A stretch of 63,939 nucleotides of DNA, the filler included, from Choristocarpus tenellus KU-1152 (taxonomy: Eukaryota; Protista; Phaeophyceae): the NCBI GenBank assembly GCA_964200185.2. It is 10 parts of 10 records of this genome, joined end to end, with 100 filler letters (N's around TTAATTAATTAA, not from the genome) between each part and the next. Parts side by side here need not be neighbours in the genome. Positions count along the whole stretch, not along the records: positions 1 to 8,249 come from CAXNAD020004936.1; positions 8,350 to 13,856 come from CAXNAD020010578.1; 8 more parts are not named here. One strand, 5' to 3'. Positions within the stretch are counted from its first letter, which is position 1, and each line of letters starts with the position of its first letter. Made by a program: the position numbers and the translations under genes. Below, piece by piece: positions 1 through 13,530 of the stretch. Under the pieces are notes generated by a model that worked only from the letters and a program-made list of their open reading frames with translations, made no database searches and was not told the DNA's origin.

Positions 1-104
1 GGTGTGGGGGAGTGGAAAGGGGGGGAAAGTGTTGGGGGGTTGAGCGGTGCTGAATGGTGTAGGGAGGTGGTAAGTGGGGGAAAGTCTTGTGGGGGGGAGT
101 GGTG

Positions 105-486
105 TTGAATGGTTTGGTGGAGTGTTAAGTGGTGTGGGGTTGAGTGGCGTTGAAGGGTGGGGTGATGTCTGGAAATCAGTGGCGAAGGGGTCACACTGGT
201 TTGTCATTGGATGGAGGTAGTAACTGGAAATCAGTGGCAAAGGGGGTTTGCATTGGTTGTAAGCAGAGGTGGGCGGTGGCTGAAAATCAGTGGCGAAAGG
301 GGTTCGCATTGGTTGGTCATCGCAGGGGGGGGGAAGGTGACTACAAATCAGTGGCGAAGAGATTGCACTGGTTGGTCACAAGTGGTGGTACAATGGGGAG
401 GAGGGGAATACGCGTGGAATGCAAACATACTTCTAGAGTAAAATATTTATAATCCAGAATTCGTTAACAAAGCAAAAGTGGTAAAT
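105..486. repeat. Dispersed repeat with four ~55-bp tandem subunits (copy 1)
   Basis: Core ACTGGAAATCAGTGGCGAAGGGGTTCGCATTGGTTG-like motif recurs 4x, followed by CACAAGTGGT..ACAATGGGGA..GGAATGCAAAC..CAGAATTCGT..CAAAGCAAAA. The same order is found at 15762-16120. Confidence 0.85.
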
Positions 487-619
487 GGTGTCGATATTGT
501 TTAGAACAACAAAATCTACAAAATATGTCACACTTGGTAAAATTATAGTTTTTGAATACCATTTAGTTCCCGAGATAAAGTTTACACCGACTATTACAAA
601 TTTCGTGTTCTGGGAGTGT

Positions 620-1375
620 TTAAACAGGGTCGGTCCAGGACAGCTAGGGTTCTTAACCAGACTACGCCAAGGTTCAACTGAAGGTGAAATATTTTATTTA
701 ACACTACGACCAATTCAGGGCCATCAAAGATTGTAACTGGACTGGACCAAGCAGCAAACATTTCGATTTGGTGCCGAACAAAGGAAGTACAACAACAGGT
801 GGTACGGAGCCAACCAGGTCAGGTCTCAGATAAGTATATTGTGATGACGTCAAATGAATAAGACCTTGATAGAGTTTTGAAACGCGTTTGCTCCCACATG
901 AATTTGGTATAATTCGAGGGTCCGTCCAACATGTTTTGACTGGGTGGGCGTAGCCCATCCTGACCGGGCCGGTCTGGGTAAGAGACCATTTCTATAGGAA
1001 CATTATTAATTCGAAACAGATCAGACCTAAGACCAGCCGAGAAAAAACTTATTTAAACAGGACCGGTCCAGGTCGGTCAGAACTTCCCACCAGACCCTGT
1101 CGTGGGGCGGTTCCCATGAAATGGTAGGTATGCTTTAGTAGTTCCGATCCAGGGCTGTCAGAGAAGTGATGGGACCGGGCCGTACGCCGACCCTTCGCCC
1201 CAAGCACATCAGCCGATCTGGCTAACTGCCAGTCCATCCGGTAAAAAAAACGCAGAAATATATATATATATATACTTATGTAGGGGTGAACCCCCATGAA
1301 ATGCGTGCGCACGATGGAGAGAGAGGGAGCACCGTTCGTGAGCAACAACATCTTCATTAGCCCATCACATATTGG
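620..1375. repeat. Probable DNA-transposon subterminal remnant rich in GACCGG/CCGGTC motifs
   Basis: Repeated GGTCGGTCCAGG, GACCGGGCCGGTC, GACCGGTCCAGGTCGGTC, GGACCGGGCCG, CCCATGAAATG x2 and TAGCCCATC x2. No credible ORF. Confidence 0.4.
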
Positions 1376-4306
1376 ACCCTCCTATATCACAGAGATCGTC
1401 TCTCGCTTTTGCTTTGCTTCTGTGATCTACCCATCTTTTAATCATTTTTAAAATGGCTGATGAAGACTGTTGGGGACACCCTTGTGTACTCTTTGAGGGG
1501 GGTATGAAGTGTACCATTGTTATTGTCGTTTTGAAGGTTGATTGTCTGAAGGAGGCTGCTCTTCATATTGCTCCTGCTACGGGTAGTCAAGAAGGTAGCA
1601 AAGGAGAGCTTCGAGCGTGTTTTGAGATGCACGTCAAAGTGTTAATCTTTGCGGAAATTCAGTCTAATACCCGTTTCATCGAATACTATTCAAGATATGT
1701 CGGTTTTCTTAGGAGAAATGCTGTCACTGACTGGCATTTGTGGGGTGCCCATTTCAACAAACAAAGAGTTATATATTTTTACTTGGGTAGTATACTAGTA
1801 CCCAAACTTCCAAACATCTTGCTAAGAGAAAATATGCACCTCTATAGATTCCGCATTGACACGTACAGACAGACAGAGAGATGGAGGCACAGGAGTTGGG
1901 TTTACATTAACCATCCGTGACAGATGAAAGGCAACTGTACAGATCCAGTATGCTGATAAGGTCTCCAATATTTTTGAAGGCTTTCTATTTTGAAACAAGC
2001 ATGCACAAGCATGTGCACGAGCCAACACATAAGAACGAGAGCTGGTACTGGTAACGTACAGACACACGACAGATGGACACATAGCTATTGTTTGGTCTCT
2101 ATGGTCCATACGTATGAATGAGAGGCAGTACTGGTAACGTTTACTGCAAAGAAAGGAAAAAAATCAGGAAAGAGCACAAAACAAAAACTCCTCTACTTCA
2201 AACATTTTTACTTCAATCCTCTGGTAATATACAGGAGTCAGACCAAAAAAAAAAGATGGGATGGTTCTCCATGTTACAAAAGCAATGTGTACTTGGAGTG
2301 AGGGGGTGAGGTAGGATTCACTACTATTAATAGTAGGTAGGATATCCCGTATCAGGTACACATACCGTATTTCATATGTAGGTTAAACTTCGAACTGACG
2401 CCTTCACTCAAACATTACCTCTTTTGTGTGCAAGGACACAAGGAGTCACGCCACACCATGCCACCCTCCCTTCTCTCCTCCCCTGTCCAATGTGCAACCC
2501 CTCACAAACCGAGGCCCTCCTAGATGTATTGATGAAAGTAATTGAGTTCATTCAGAAGAAAGGTATATTATATATAGTACTAGTTTTGTTTCCAGAGAAT
2601 CAGGGACCTCAGACCACAAACAAGAATTCATATACTCCTCTTGCCTACACTGCTATTCTTAATATAGGTGCTATGAGAGCCATGTCAACACTGACCAGCA
2701 GGGTACTTCACAAAAAAAAAAGTACAGTTAACAATTTATCAGATCAATAGCAAAGCCTATAGCGTTCGATGTATCACAATGAATCAACAGGGTCGTGAAT
2801 TCATGTCACCCTGTTATGACTCCACTCAAACCACTTTTCTTGTGAACTCCATAATGGTCAACACTTAGGTGTGAAAATCCACCTACAGAAATGCATCAAT
2901 CAACAAGCAGCAGACCTTATAATGGAATCTCTCAACCTCGAGATAATGCATGCAAACCCCTCTCAGAAACAGCAACACCCCAATTGAATAGCATCTGACC
3001 TCAGCAACATGGAAATCTCATTCATGGACATCCATCCATCCCTTGCTTGACATTCCCATGCTATTGCTCCATCTAGTACCAGACAATTGCTCTTGAATCT
3101 CAATCAATAACAAATTCATTCATCAACAACCATTGTTATTCTCCAATCCAACTATAATGCTACTCTGGTATGAGACGTTTACTGCCATTAACTCATAATC
3201 AAAGACCTTGACCCCTTGATACCCCTGTTTATTTCCCTACTTAAACATGCATCAAAATGAACTGCACATTTCAAAACTCCTTCTAATAATTATCCCCGAA
3301 ACAGCATGGTGCTCATGGAACCATACCCAACAACACACTATTAATCTCAACATCCAGAGTAGTCAGCGCATGCCTGGGAAGCAGGGCTTCTCACTCCCCA
3401 ATGACTTTAAACAAACCCAACAACAGAATTACCCATCTGCACCCCTCCACCCCCCCCCCCCCCCAAAACCCCCCAGACACAAAAGCAAGAGTCATATCCT
3501 GCCCTCAGCATTCCTGTCTTGTCATCAAATTGACAGCATGCGCACACAAACACATACACATACACATACATCCGCATTCCCACATGTGCTCAAAACAGTT
3601 TGAGGCCACTGTATGCAGCCTTACAACAACACAGCACCCCAAGCCTATTTTTTTCATTGAAGTGCGAACCCAGTCACCTCTTCACACATAGTAAATATTT
3701 CAACACACATACCATACACCAAATGCGTATAGGTTGACTGCAACATCCAAAGGTAGGCACAGATCGAAGCCTTCTCCACTTCAAAAAAAAAAGATACCTA
3801 CCTTAACACAAATCACAACCCTGGACACAAGTAGCTACTTGGACTGGACTTTGATCTGTCTTCATTTGAGCCCCCTTCCACACCTCCATCTCTCCGGGGG
3901 GCCCAAGGGCGCCCTTGGCGGTTACTTATTTCTCAACCAGTCACCACCATAGGCCAGATGGATAAACAATCATCGACCTGATGGATACGCTACTGAGTAA
4001 AACAAACAAGAAATAGAACATCGACATGTACAGAAACAAAAACGCCTCTTCCAGGTCCTTAGCAAAACCTGTGGCAGCACATCTCTCTCAACCATGAGAA
4101 ACAGCACTTTGAGCAGGAAAAAAAAGCAAAAAAGCAAAAAAGAAACGCCTACGCCACAACACTGTTCTTACAGACAGCTGTCACAAAACCAGGAGACTTG
4201 TGGCTTCAGGACCTCAACCCACCCACCATCAGCCTGCACAACAGGTATTATGTGATGCCCAGACCACATACTGAAATGACCCAACGAAGGTACGACAAAG
4301 TAGAGC

Positions 4307-7069
4307 TCAACATGGACGAGGTGCTCCACATGCCAGGCAATATATTGTGCCTGCCTCATTGATTAGTGTACACTGCAACAGAGGTGTTTTGAACAGGAGG
4401 GGCAACAGCAGGTAATTGTTATGTGGAGAGTGATAAAGGGGTGAGTGGGGCCACTGAATGCACATCTCCTATAGAGCTGCAATGGTTGACATGACTAAGC
4501 ACACAGGTCCAGCAAGCAATATAATAGGATGGAGAGGATGTGAGCCTTCAGAGTCTGTTGGTAGTGCTGATGCTTCAAGACGATGCTGCCCGCTCACAAC
4601 AATCTAACCTAGCGAAAAAATCTAAAAGGTAAAAGGGGTACAAGCTGAGATGATAATGATAACTTCAAACTGCAATTTACCATTTCTGACCTTAAAAACA
4701 ACTCTTACCAACCACCCTTAACTTTATCCAAGATTTGTGGTGCCTTAATCTACAAGGCTCTGGTTCAAAAAAACAAACCAGAACATGACTACACACAAAA
4801 TGCTGTCAGCTAGGCAAGTGCAACATACCCCATGAGATCACACCTCACCTACACCATTCCATACTCACAAAAAAATGTGAGATGGGGGTCATACATGATC
4901 CAAGCCTTGCTAAGTCCAAGGCAATGGGAACTCTGCATCACATAATGTGGTACAAACAAAGTCCAGTACAAGGTCAGTCCATCCTTTGTTCTGTGGTACC
5001 AGGTCCATTTAAACAAAGTATGGGATCTCAACTAGAAACCACGTAAGACCAAAAACGTTTTAAGGAGTGAAGGCCAAAAACGTTTTAAGAAGTGAAGGCC
5101 AAAAAAGCTTAAGAAGTGAAGACCAAAAAAGTTAGACAAGCAAAAAACGTTTGGCTGGGGTGGAAGATGGCCAACGTAGACAACCATTCCCAGGTTCTTA
5201 CACAAGGTTCAATCCATCTCAGTGTCTCATAATAGTCGTTTGAGAGAAACCAGAAGATAAATAACAAAATCTGGGTTGTGAACAGAGCACAGAGCACAGG
5301 GCGCCAAAAAAGCCAAAAGCCGTCTTCTGCAGTGTTGTTTCGTGGTACACATCTAGGACAAAAACACTGTCATTGCCCTCACATTAACAGGGAAATATAG
5401 TCACTACTATGTTCTGATGTGTGAATCTCTTAACACTCCACATCCTTTATGGGTATACACTAAAGTACAGAAAAAAGAAATGTTAGTACTTCTTCGGAGG
5501 CGTACGCACTGTTCATGCATATTAACAGTACCAACTGGGCTCAGCAATGGAGCTCTGCAAGTCATTGAAACAATGACTTAGAAGTAAGAGCTTAGACAAA
5601 ACTATTGTTTTGTAGAGTTAGAGGCCGATTTCTTCACTCTTAGCCCTTGTTTACCTTGGACACAATCAAAAGACAACGAAAATTCGGTATCGTGTGTAAA
5701 CAGTAGTGGTCTTTTCTACTCTCTGTCAAAACTTGGTTCACTTTTTGCGAGGCACTTTGAGCTCCAACTGCGACACAAAGATCTTTTTTACAGAAGATCA
5801 ACTTGGTAATGGTCTTGACTTCACCTCCATCAGAAAAAAAAAGAACGAGGGATCACAAAACTCTTGAGCTTCATTAATGAACAGAAACGTCAAATATCAA
5901 AGTAGCACTAGATTCTCTTCTGCAGTAAAAGGCAGAATAATAAAAGTCCTTCAACCCATCATCTCAGTCAATCGCAGGTGTTTCCTGTTCCATACTATAT
6001 ACTAGTAGTTTACACAAGGTGGAACTTAGGAACATACATTCTCTTGAGTATATATATATATATATAAACACAGCTAAGTTGTTCTTTGTTGTTTTAGAAA
6101 AAAAGAGATCTGTATACTAAAAAAAAATTAACTTGCATTAATACCAGCATAATTTCATGACAACCACCATTGCAATGAATTGCAAACCCTGTTGTTGGCC
6201 ACTAAGACTACATACTAAGAACTCCAGTATTGAACAACAAAACTGCCCCTTTCAAATGAATAGAATACCTGCAACATTAGATGGATGCCTACATGTCAAA
6301 CCTGAACCCAGCTAAAACAATTGATAAAGAACCCAGGTATCCTTCAACCATTGGAGGAAAGAAAATTAGTCTGTATACACAGTTATTGGTTTCTACACTC
6401 CTGTACTGTTGGTTGTTCACACTGTGGAATACATACGGTGTAACAACTTCAAGATAGCTGTAACTGTCACTAGAATGGCAGCAGTATTTTTAGCAATAGG
6501 TCAACCTGCAAAGACCTCCACAGACATACCCCTGAAATCAGGACCCAACTACCTCAAGTTCAACAATTCTGGCAAAGTCTCGAAAAGGTTGGTCCAGAAA
6601 GCGTATTGCTCATGGTGGCTATCCCAATTCCGACGTGGAATCCAACATTGAATCCAACATTGAATTTTTTCAGTTCAAATATATATTGAAGTGTTTCACC
6701 CAGGATGCAGTATTATAATGGGAACTTTCAGGACTTAAACATATTTCTATACATGCATATCAAATGGGGTGTAATGTACACCCGAGAAAGGTCAATACAG
6801 TGATAGTGTGTATCTGTGCAAAGGAGTGCAGGCTATATGGTGGATATTTTACACTACAATACAACCTCTACTCACAAAGTAGTACACAGCACCTAACCAA
6901 CAGCAATTACATTCACCCTTCATTACTGTAGTCCAATAAATAGTTCTCTTTGGGAGAAACTGAGAAGGTCAGGTTCATGTCTATGGGCAAGGGGGGGAAA
7001 GACGGAAACTCTAAGTTAGATCTTCAATATTTTTGTATCAATAACACAAATTTACGTTGATAATGGACA

Positions 7070-7107
<38 letters not shown>

Positions 7108-8249
7108 CGCATGTAAGATGCATAATTAGGTCCAATCGAGGCAAACGGGTTCCGAAAATCACTAGATCTTTCACATCTCTGTATCAATGGTACAATTGAC
7201 CAATAGGCGCAGGTCTAAGTCCAATTGAAACGAACAGATTCCAAGAAAGATAAGAACAATATCTTCAAGCTGATCCAACATTACCAGAGTATATAAAATG
7301 GAATATACATTTTAAAGTTCTTCAAAAGCTCCACAGCAGTCGTGATTGGTCTCAAAACAAGAACTCCTTGGACACGGTATTGATATTGGAGTGCAATTGT
7401 TGATATTGATGCAAAATGTGGTTTAAAATATGATATTTGGTATGAAGTTAGATCAAAATCGAGAAGAGTGACTGCCTTCAATAGAAGAAACCATGATGGC
7501 TAAAAGTAGGGCAGTGCAGTGCATCGTAGGACCATACAGTGAACAGCTATACAAAAGGGAATCATCATACTGTCATATCAACCTCCCACACCCCCTCCCC
7601 CTTAAGAAATACTAAAGATAATGAAATTGAATAAATCAACTATTGTATCAAAAATGTCCTTGATGTACCGATCAAGCATTTGTAGTATTGCATGAAATCA
7701 AATCACATCTCACATTTGTGTCTGTGTGGGGGGGGCTATCCAATCTCGCACATTGTCTGTTTTCACCTCAATGCTCAAGATTAAAAACAGATTATTTTCA
7801 GCACACACCTCTCCAACTCTGTTATAGCTTTGCAACCTCATGGATGGGCATATATACCCACTAACCTTCCCTCTTTCATGTCCAAAAAGTGAATCCACCA
7901 CACAACCAGGAATTTTTTTGTCATGACCAAATGCAGTGTTTTGTATTTCTATTCTTATTCTTTTCATGATGTCTTGATAGAAGCGATAATGTCTTGGCAC
8001 ACCTGAGAGCACACCCACTCTGCTGTCTGCCGAATGTCCACAACCAACCCGTTGTTGCCTGTAAATCCAGCACCAACAGGCACACGTCCCCTCTCCTCCT
8101 CCCCACTCCTCATACCGCGCAATCTGTCCCCACCCCCTGCTTTTGCTCCCATGCTCCACCCCACCCCGGCTTCAGACTCAGATCCTGCGTACGCCTCCCC
8201 TGTCCTTTCCAATCCTGCCTTTTCATTGGTTCTCAAATTCTCCCGCAAC
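4307..8249 (-). CDS. 5'-partial gene ending in a RanBP2-type zinc finger; exons 8003..>8249 and 4307..4372
   Basis: Phase-0 GT-AG splice joins ...AEWVCSQ to CTLINEAGTIYCLACGAPRPC*, rebuilding W-x-C-x2-C-x3-N-x6-C-x2-C exactly. Confidence 0.85.
5045..5152. repeat. Minisatellite, ~25-bp unit x4
   Basis: AAG(A/G)CCAAAAA(CGTT)TTAAG(A/G)AGTG repeated in tandem. Confidence 0.85.
7069..7110. repeat. (GT)n microsatellite
   Basis: Read directly. Confidence 0.95.
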
Positions 8250-8349
8250 NNNNNNNNNNNNNNNNNNNNNNNNNNNNNNNNNNNNNNNNNNNNTTAATTA
8301 ATTAANNNNNNNNNNNNNNNNNNNNNNNNNNNNNNNNNNNNNNNNNNNN
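8250..8349. other. Artificial contig linker N44-TTAATTAATTAA-N44 (also 13857-13956, 25423-25522, 30975-31074, 36122-36221, 41333-41432, 47513-47612, 56370-56469, 61324-61423)
   Basis: Nine identical 100-bp blocks. TTAATTAATTAA puts stops in all six frames. Confidence 0.99.
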
Positions 8350-9881
8350 CAGAAGGGACCCCCCCCTGTAGCCCCCCCCCCCCCCCCCCAGATAATTCGA
8401 GCCAGATTACCCCATGAACACATTGCTATCTGAAAGCGTCCTCCACACACACTCAAAACACATGTACTGCATCACAGACATAACAAACCCGTTAGATCTC
8501 GACAGCATCCCGTCATAGATGGTAGTGCTCAAAGATTAGTGTTGCACCATGAAAATTCCCAACCATGACCCGAGACGAGTCCAAGTAGCTCTTGTGAAGG
8601 GATTAGACACTTTGTGGTTTGTACGCAAAAGAAATGGTGATAACGGAGAGCACCCTCGGTTATGGACCGGACACATTTAATTAGTCACTTCTGTCACAAC
8701 TGGATAATATACCATACTGTGTGAGCTCAGTATATATATGATGTTTCCCATTTTTGTTTTACATGAGATATCTGCGATGACCCTTCTGATTACCTGACAG
8801 TCAATCAATGTGTTCTATTGCTTGGTGCTTCTGGGTGTTGCTGTTAGCTCTTGGATCCCTCACGGCTGATATATACATATATACTCGAGTATTCATCTCT
8901 GTGTGTGCATGTGATTGCGTGTGTATGTGTGTGTGTGTGTAGACCTAACCCTAGGAAATTATTCTTCCTATGAACATTAACTAGTATGCGATAATTTTCA
9001 CACTAAATAGCAGATTATTGTTATCACTACCTGTTGAACGAAGTGCAGATAAGACTGTTTCAACTCAGTTAATTCCCGTTGAACATGTTCTAGAGACTAG
9101 CTGTCAGGATTGTGAACACTGTCTTGATTTGTTGATGCGATTGAATGGTGATAGTAGTAGTTGAGTGATTAATATTTTAGGTGCCATGTGTTAAGGAGCT
9201 GATTTTGTTAAACAGATAGCAATAGGATCTTTCATGGAAAGGCCCCCTCCACCCATACCCTGTGCATAGCTACGGAGGCAGCAGAACTCTGGTCTATCCT
9301 TGGGCAGAAACTCACTTCAACCACAACAGCGCTTCACAGTGTTTCATATCAAGCAAAGACGATTACAATCCACCCTATCATAGAGGGGGGTGTTGTTGTC
9401 TGTTTGAGGCTACTTTGACTTCCATCTGGTACGTGTACTTAGGCTTCTAGCACTCTGGAGGGCGATTTCTTAGACGATCATTAATCTCTTCTGTTACTGT
9501 AGCCACAGACTCCTAAGGGTTAGGGCGAGGGTTAGCTGCATTTCATGCATGGGAATGGGGTGTCAGGCACAAGGTTAAAAAACCCCTTCAATATCAAAAG
9601 GACCCTAAGTGAACCTTAACCTTAAGATAGGATGGATCAAAGAGGTATGATTAACTGTTTGTGTATATTGTGATGGTCAACCAACCATGGCACAGAAAAA
9701 TATATAACCAAAGCATTTAGTCTAATGGAATAAAACCATTTTTATGGTGAGGGAACATGATCCGTTCACCTTTCCTCAACTCTTTCAATCCTGTCTTATA
9801 ATGTATATTTGTTCTGCTTTCCCCCGGTTCTGCTCTATCTGCATATAAGCCACATCAGTTTGGCTATCAATATGTACATAG

Positions 9882-12315
9882 TTAACACAATTTGCTAGCT
9901 ACTTGTCCAGCCGTTTCTTCAAATACCACGAGGGGTTTACTGTTACTGAGACCAGGTTTGGGTGGAGGCTTCCAATCAAAGTTCACTGTAGTGCTCAAGT
10001 GCCTTTTGGAAGCATATCCCTCATTGCCCAGATCTTGTATCAAATTAGGAGAAATATTTGTCTTCCAGCTACGGGTGTACTCATCGTCATCTATATCTGG
10101 GGAGGAAGACAAAAAAATAGGATCAGAAGTATGGGTGTATGAGGAAGAGGGACATCGTGTTGGCATGTGTTAGGATGCTGACAATGTTCTTGTTGAACAG
10201 CTGGCCTCTTCTTGACGACCTACTCGGTAGGAAATAAATACGCGGAGAATACCTGGGTAGATTTGGATGCCATAGAAATGTGGTTGGATACAAAGTCACC
10301 CCCCCCCAAAGTGTGTTCAACACTATGCTACTACAGAGTCAGGTTTCTCTTGCTTTTTCTTCTTTCTCAATCATGCATAGGTTCGTGAATGAGATACCTG
10401 GAACTTCTCTCTGAATAATATGATGACACAGTACATCCACAAGAATATATTTCCAAGTCAAAGAGATGTACCATGGACAGCAGCAGATTAATCTTCGCAG
10501 TCAAAACTTCCCCCCCCCACCCCCCCCGCACATAGGGAGGATGGAACAGACTCATCTAGGCGATGTTGTCGGCTAAAGGCTTATCATTGGCTTAATCAAT
10601 GCCAAGACCCCCAACCATTAATCTTTGCACAGCCTTGAAGCAGTCATCATCTGTATTATTAGTCAGTGGGTGGACTATGTTCCAACAAATGCAGCTACTA
10701 TCTATTTCAAGAAACTGACTTGAAAAAATAAGAAAACCACAAAGTCCCACCTTTATAGTCCCATTCCCCATCCTCATCAGAATCCCAAGAGCTCTCATCA
10801 TCCTCATGTTCGTTCCGGCCCTCGCTGTCTTGTCTTGGAAGATTGCGATCCTTCATTTGCACCTGCATCCCACTGCCCCCATTAACTGTTAGCTGCTGCA
10901 ATGTCACGATAGGCTTGCTGTTCATCAGGCCTGAAAACGTGGGTGGGGTCCATGTACTGCCAGAAGGAGAACCGTTGCCTGTATCAACTTCTTTCTTTCC
11001 TGGTGGATTGAAGCCCAAAATTTTGTGCAAGTTGGGAGACACAAACTCCAGAGTTCCCTCCTCAATCTCCTGATAGAATCAAAATCATGATTGGGAGTTT
11101 TGGGGGGCCAGAAGGAGAAGAAATATAGGTAGAGGGAGAGTGGTGTTTCTGCACAACCTATATTCTTGTCATTAATAGGGGCTGCACAGGTCTGGAGGTG
11201 GAGTTAGCAAGTACCCCCAGATATGTCACATTCTGTTTTCAGCATATTTTGTCAGTTAGGGAAGTAAAATAGTTGAGAATATGGTGACGACATATATCGT
11301 TTTGGTCATTGATTACAGGTTGTTAGTCAGGTCCCCCTTTGATAATGGTCAAATTACATTGATTGAGCTACTCCTTGATACTTGACTGTGGTATGATACG
11401 TTGAAATCGAGTGACTCATTCCCAATCTCATCCACTGCACATATGCCAACTGCATAAGCTGGAAGCACAACTTAGACCTAGTCCTTGCTAGACCACTCAC
11501 ATCGTCGGAGTTGACCATACACCAGGGCATCCCCTCAACCATTGACAACTCGTCCCAGGATGCGCTGGCCTCACTGCAGTCGCTGCCTGTGCTATCATCG
11601 ATGTCTTCCTGGGATAGCTGTGACTTTTTAATCTCTGGAACAGACTCGAACCCGTGTTTTCCCTTCACGTTGATCGTGGTGATTTGGAGTGGTTCAAGCA
11701 AGGTAGTAGTAGCTCCAGTGCTTTCCTCGGGGGATCCATAATTTCTATTATTGCCACTGTTACTGTATTCGCCAACCTTGTTCATCACACGGACCACCTT
11801 CAAGTTCCTTTTGTCAGCACCTCCTTCTTGTAGCAGAGCGATCTCATTATGGTTAGCAATGACATCGCTATGTTCAAGACCACTTTCTTTCGGAGGAATC
11901 CATGTTGATGCGACTTCTTCTATCTCTGTCTTCTTGGCATTGATGACTTCTTCGCTTGCGCCAAGCATAGCTAGTATCTCTGGGCTTACATTCATTCCAG
12001 AAATGTCCACTTCGTAGTCCTCGTCATCATCATCATCTACCGAGCGAAGGTGGGATTTGAATATTATTGCAGGAATGATAGTATGCCTCGAGTTGGTTGT
12101 CTAGCTGTTTCCCAAGCACCCTGGCTTAACAACAGGAGAAGGATGGTATCTTCTTAAACGAAATACGATGGAAAAACACTGTGTCAACAGGAGGAATCCT
12201 TACCGCCGACAAACCCGTAGTCATATTCGTTATCCCCTTCTTCCTCGGATTCCTCTTCTTCTGACTCGTCCTCTCGACTTTCTGTTTCCTCGCTAGACTT
12301 GTCGTCGCCAGACAT
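9882..12315 (-). pseudogene. Multi-exon hypothetical gene, acidic N-terminus, premature stops in distal exons
   Basis: Exon 12204..12315 (MSGDDKSSEETES...YGFVG) splices in phase 1 to 12036 (DDDDDEDYEVDISGM...). A later phase-1 splice gives WDYK-D-SSCICWNIVHP..., after which in-frame TAA and TAG occur. Possible last exon ends at 9882. Confidence 0.55.
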
Positions 12316-12731
12316 CAGACAGACTCAGAAGATGAGACCGGCTTTCTTCGTTCTTGTCCCGGCCACCACCAAGCACACCTCCCCTTGCCGCTTAACCCTT
12401 AAGCTCTATTGTTGTACCATGTCGATTGGCTTGAACTATCCAGTTCGGACCTTCCTTGTGTCGCATTCATTCCTCTCACCCTCCCCCCTATCACACAATT
12501 TGTTTATATTATTGTTGAAAAGGATGAGGTGGAACGTTTTTCACGTTTCGTTTTGTGTAGATTTTTTAAATACTTGTCAAGTGTTAATTGGACTCTGCTA
12601 AAACTAAGGTCTAGGGTTCGAGCCCCGGCAGGAGTGCCACTTTCTGTGTGATAGGGGGTGATGAGAACCATCAGAGATGACGCTCAGATACAAAGTGAGA
12701 GATAGGGTGAAGGCCTGCTGGGCATACGTGT

Positions 12732-12971
12732 TTACAGCCTAGGAGCATGTTGATCAATCTCCACTGCCACCGGTTGCGACCAGGAAGAAACAATTTCCCG
12801 CATTGCTGGTTTGAACCCAAAATTCATGTCGGGGTTACTGCAAGCCAGTCGTGCGTCTGACCCACACCACATCCCCTTGAGATTGGGCTCAATAACAAAA
12901 GCTGTCGCACACAAACGCATATGAAGGTGTGCATCACGCACATCAGTGTCGAGAGATCCCAAAAGGGGGAC
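12732..12971 (-). CDS. Putative terminal exon of an unknown protein (VPLLGSLDTD...EIDQHAPRL*)
   Basis: CAG acceptor followed by an open frame to a stop. No family recognised. Confidence 0.3.
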   Translation of the reverse strand, partial: VPLLGSLDTDVRDAHLHMRLCATAFVIEPNLKGMWCGSDARLACSNPDMNFGFKPAMREIVSSWSQPVAVEIDQHAPRL

Positions 12972-13530
12972 CTGTCCCTGAGACGAGTATTATTCATCAT
13001 TATTGGCAAACCTCAGGGTCGAAAAGGTAGTCCAAAGAAGGCAATACATACTGCTTCTATCTTGAGAAAAGGCAAAAAGGACCATAAAAGAAGACAAAAA
13101 AATGTAGTTGAAGGAATTAAAAGGGATGCATTGAACTCAAAAGAGAATACACAGCATCACCCAAAGGAGAGGAAGAGAAGAAAGAAAACGAACAATGGAT
13201 ACAAGAGAAATCGACCCCAAAAGGAAACATTATTTAGCAGACAGTGAGTGATAGTGGTGGTGGGGTTGGTGGATTATGTGACCTTAGCTGCTGCTTTCTC
13301 ATTCGTTACGTAATTAGGCGCAGTAAGTTGTATCAGAGTCAAACCAATTGATAGGTGGCCAGGTTTGAACCCTTTTGTAATGTAAGCTATATTTCTTACC
13401 TTCTGCAACACTCCATTTCATTGCTTAATGTTCACAATAGTGTATGCAAAATTGATCTTCCTCCATAAACCGGGGCCTACTGACCCTATGATATGCTATT
13501 CTTAAGGATGCTGACAAATACGTGTATATT

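Noticed and set aside
165-385. CRISPR-like appearance of the ~55-bp periodic repeats
   Set aside because: Repeats are degenerate, intervening segments are homologous, there are no cas genes, and the context is eukaryotic.
1453-1920. 155-aa ORF and most other 60-170-aa ORFs in the track
   Set aside because: No motifs or splice support; consistent with chance or antisense shadows.
3922-3977. Possible selenocysteine exon (R-TGA-LFIHLAYGGDWLRNK*) on the minus strand
   Set aside because: Lies 3' of the zinc-finger gene's stop; no selenoprotein motif or SECIS recognised.
9448-9462. TAGCACTCTGGAGGG shared with 60064-60078 as a CACTA-like terminus
   Set aside because: Similarity continues to the left in both copies, so it is the interior of an old dispersed repeat rather than an end.
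12732-12830. PD...EID pattern suggesting a PD-(D/E)XK nuclease
   Set aside because: The frame ends six residues after the motif, leaving no room for the rest of the fold.
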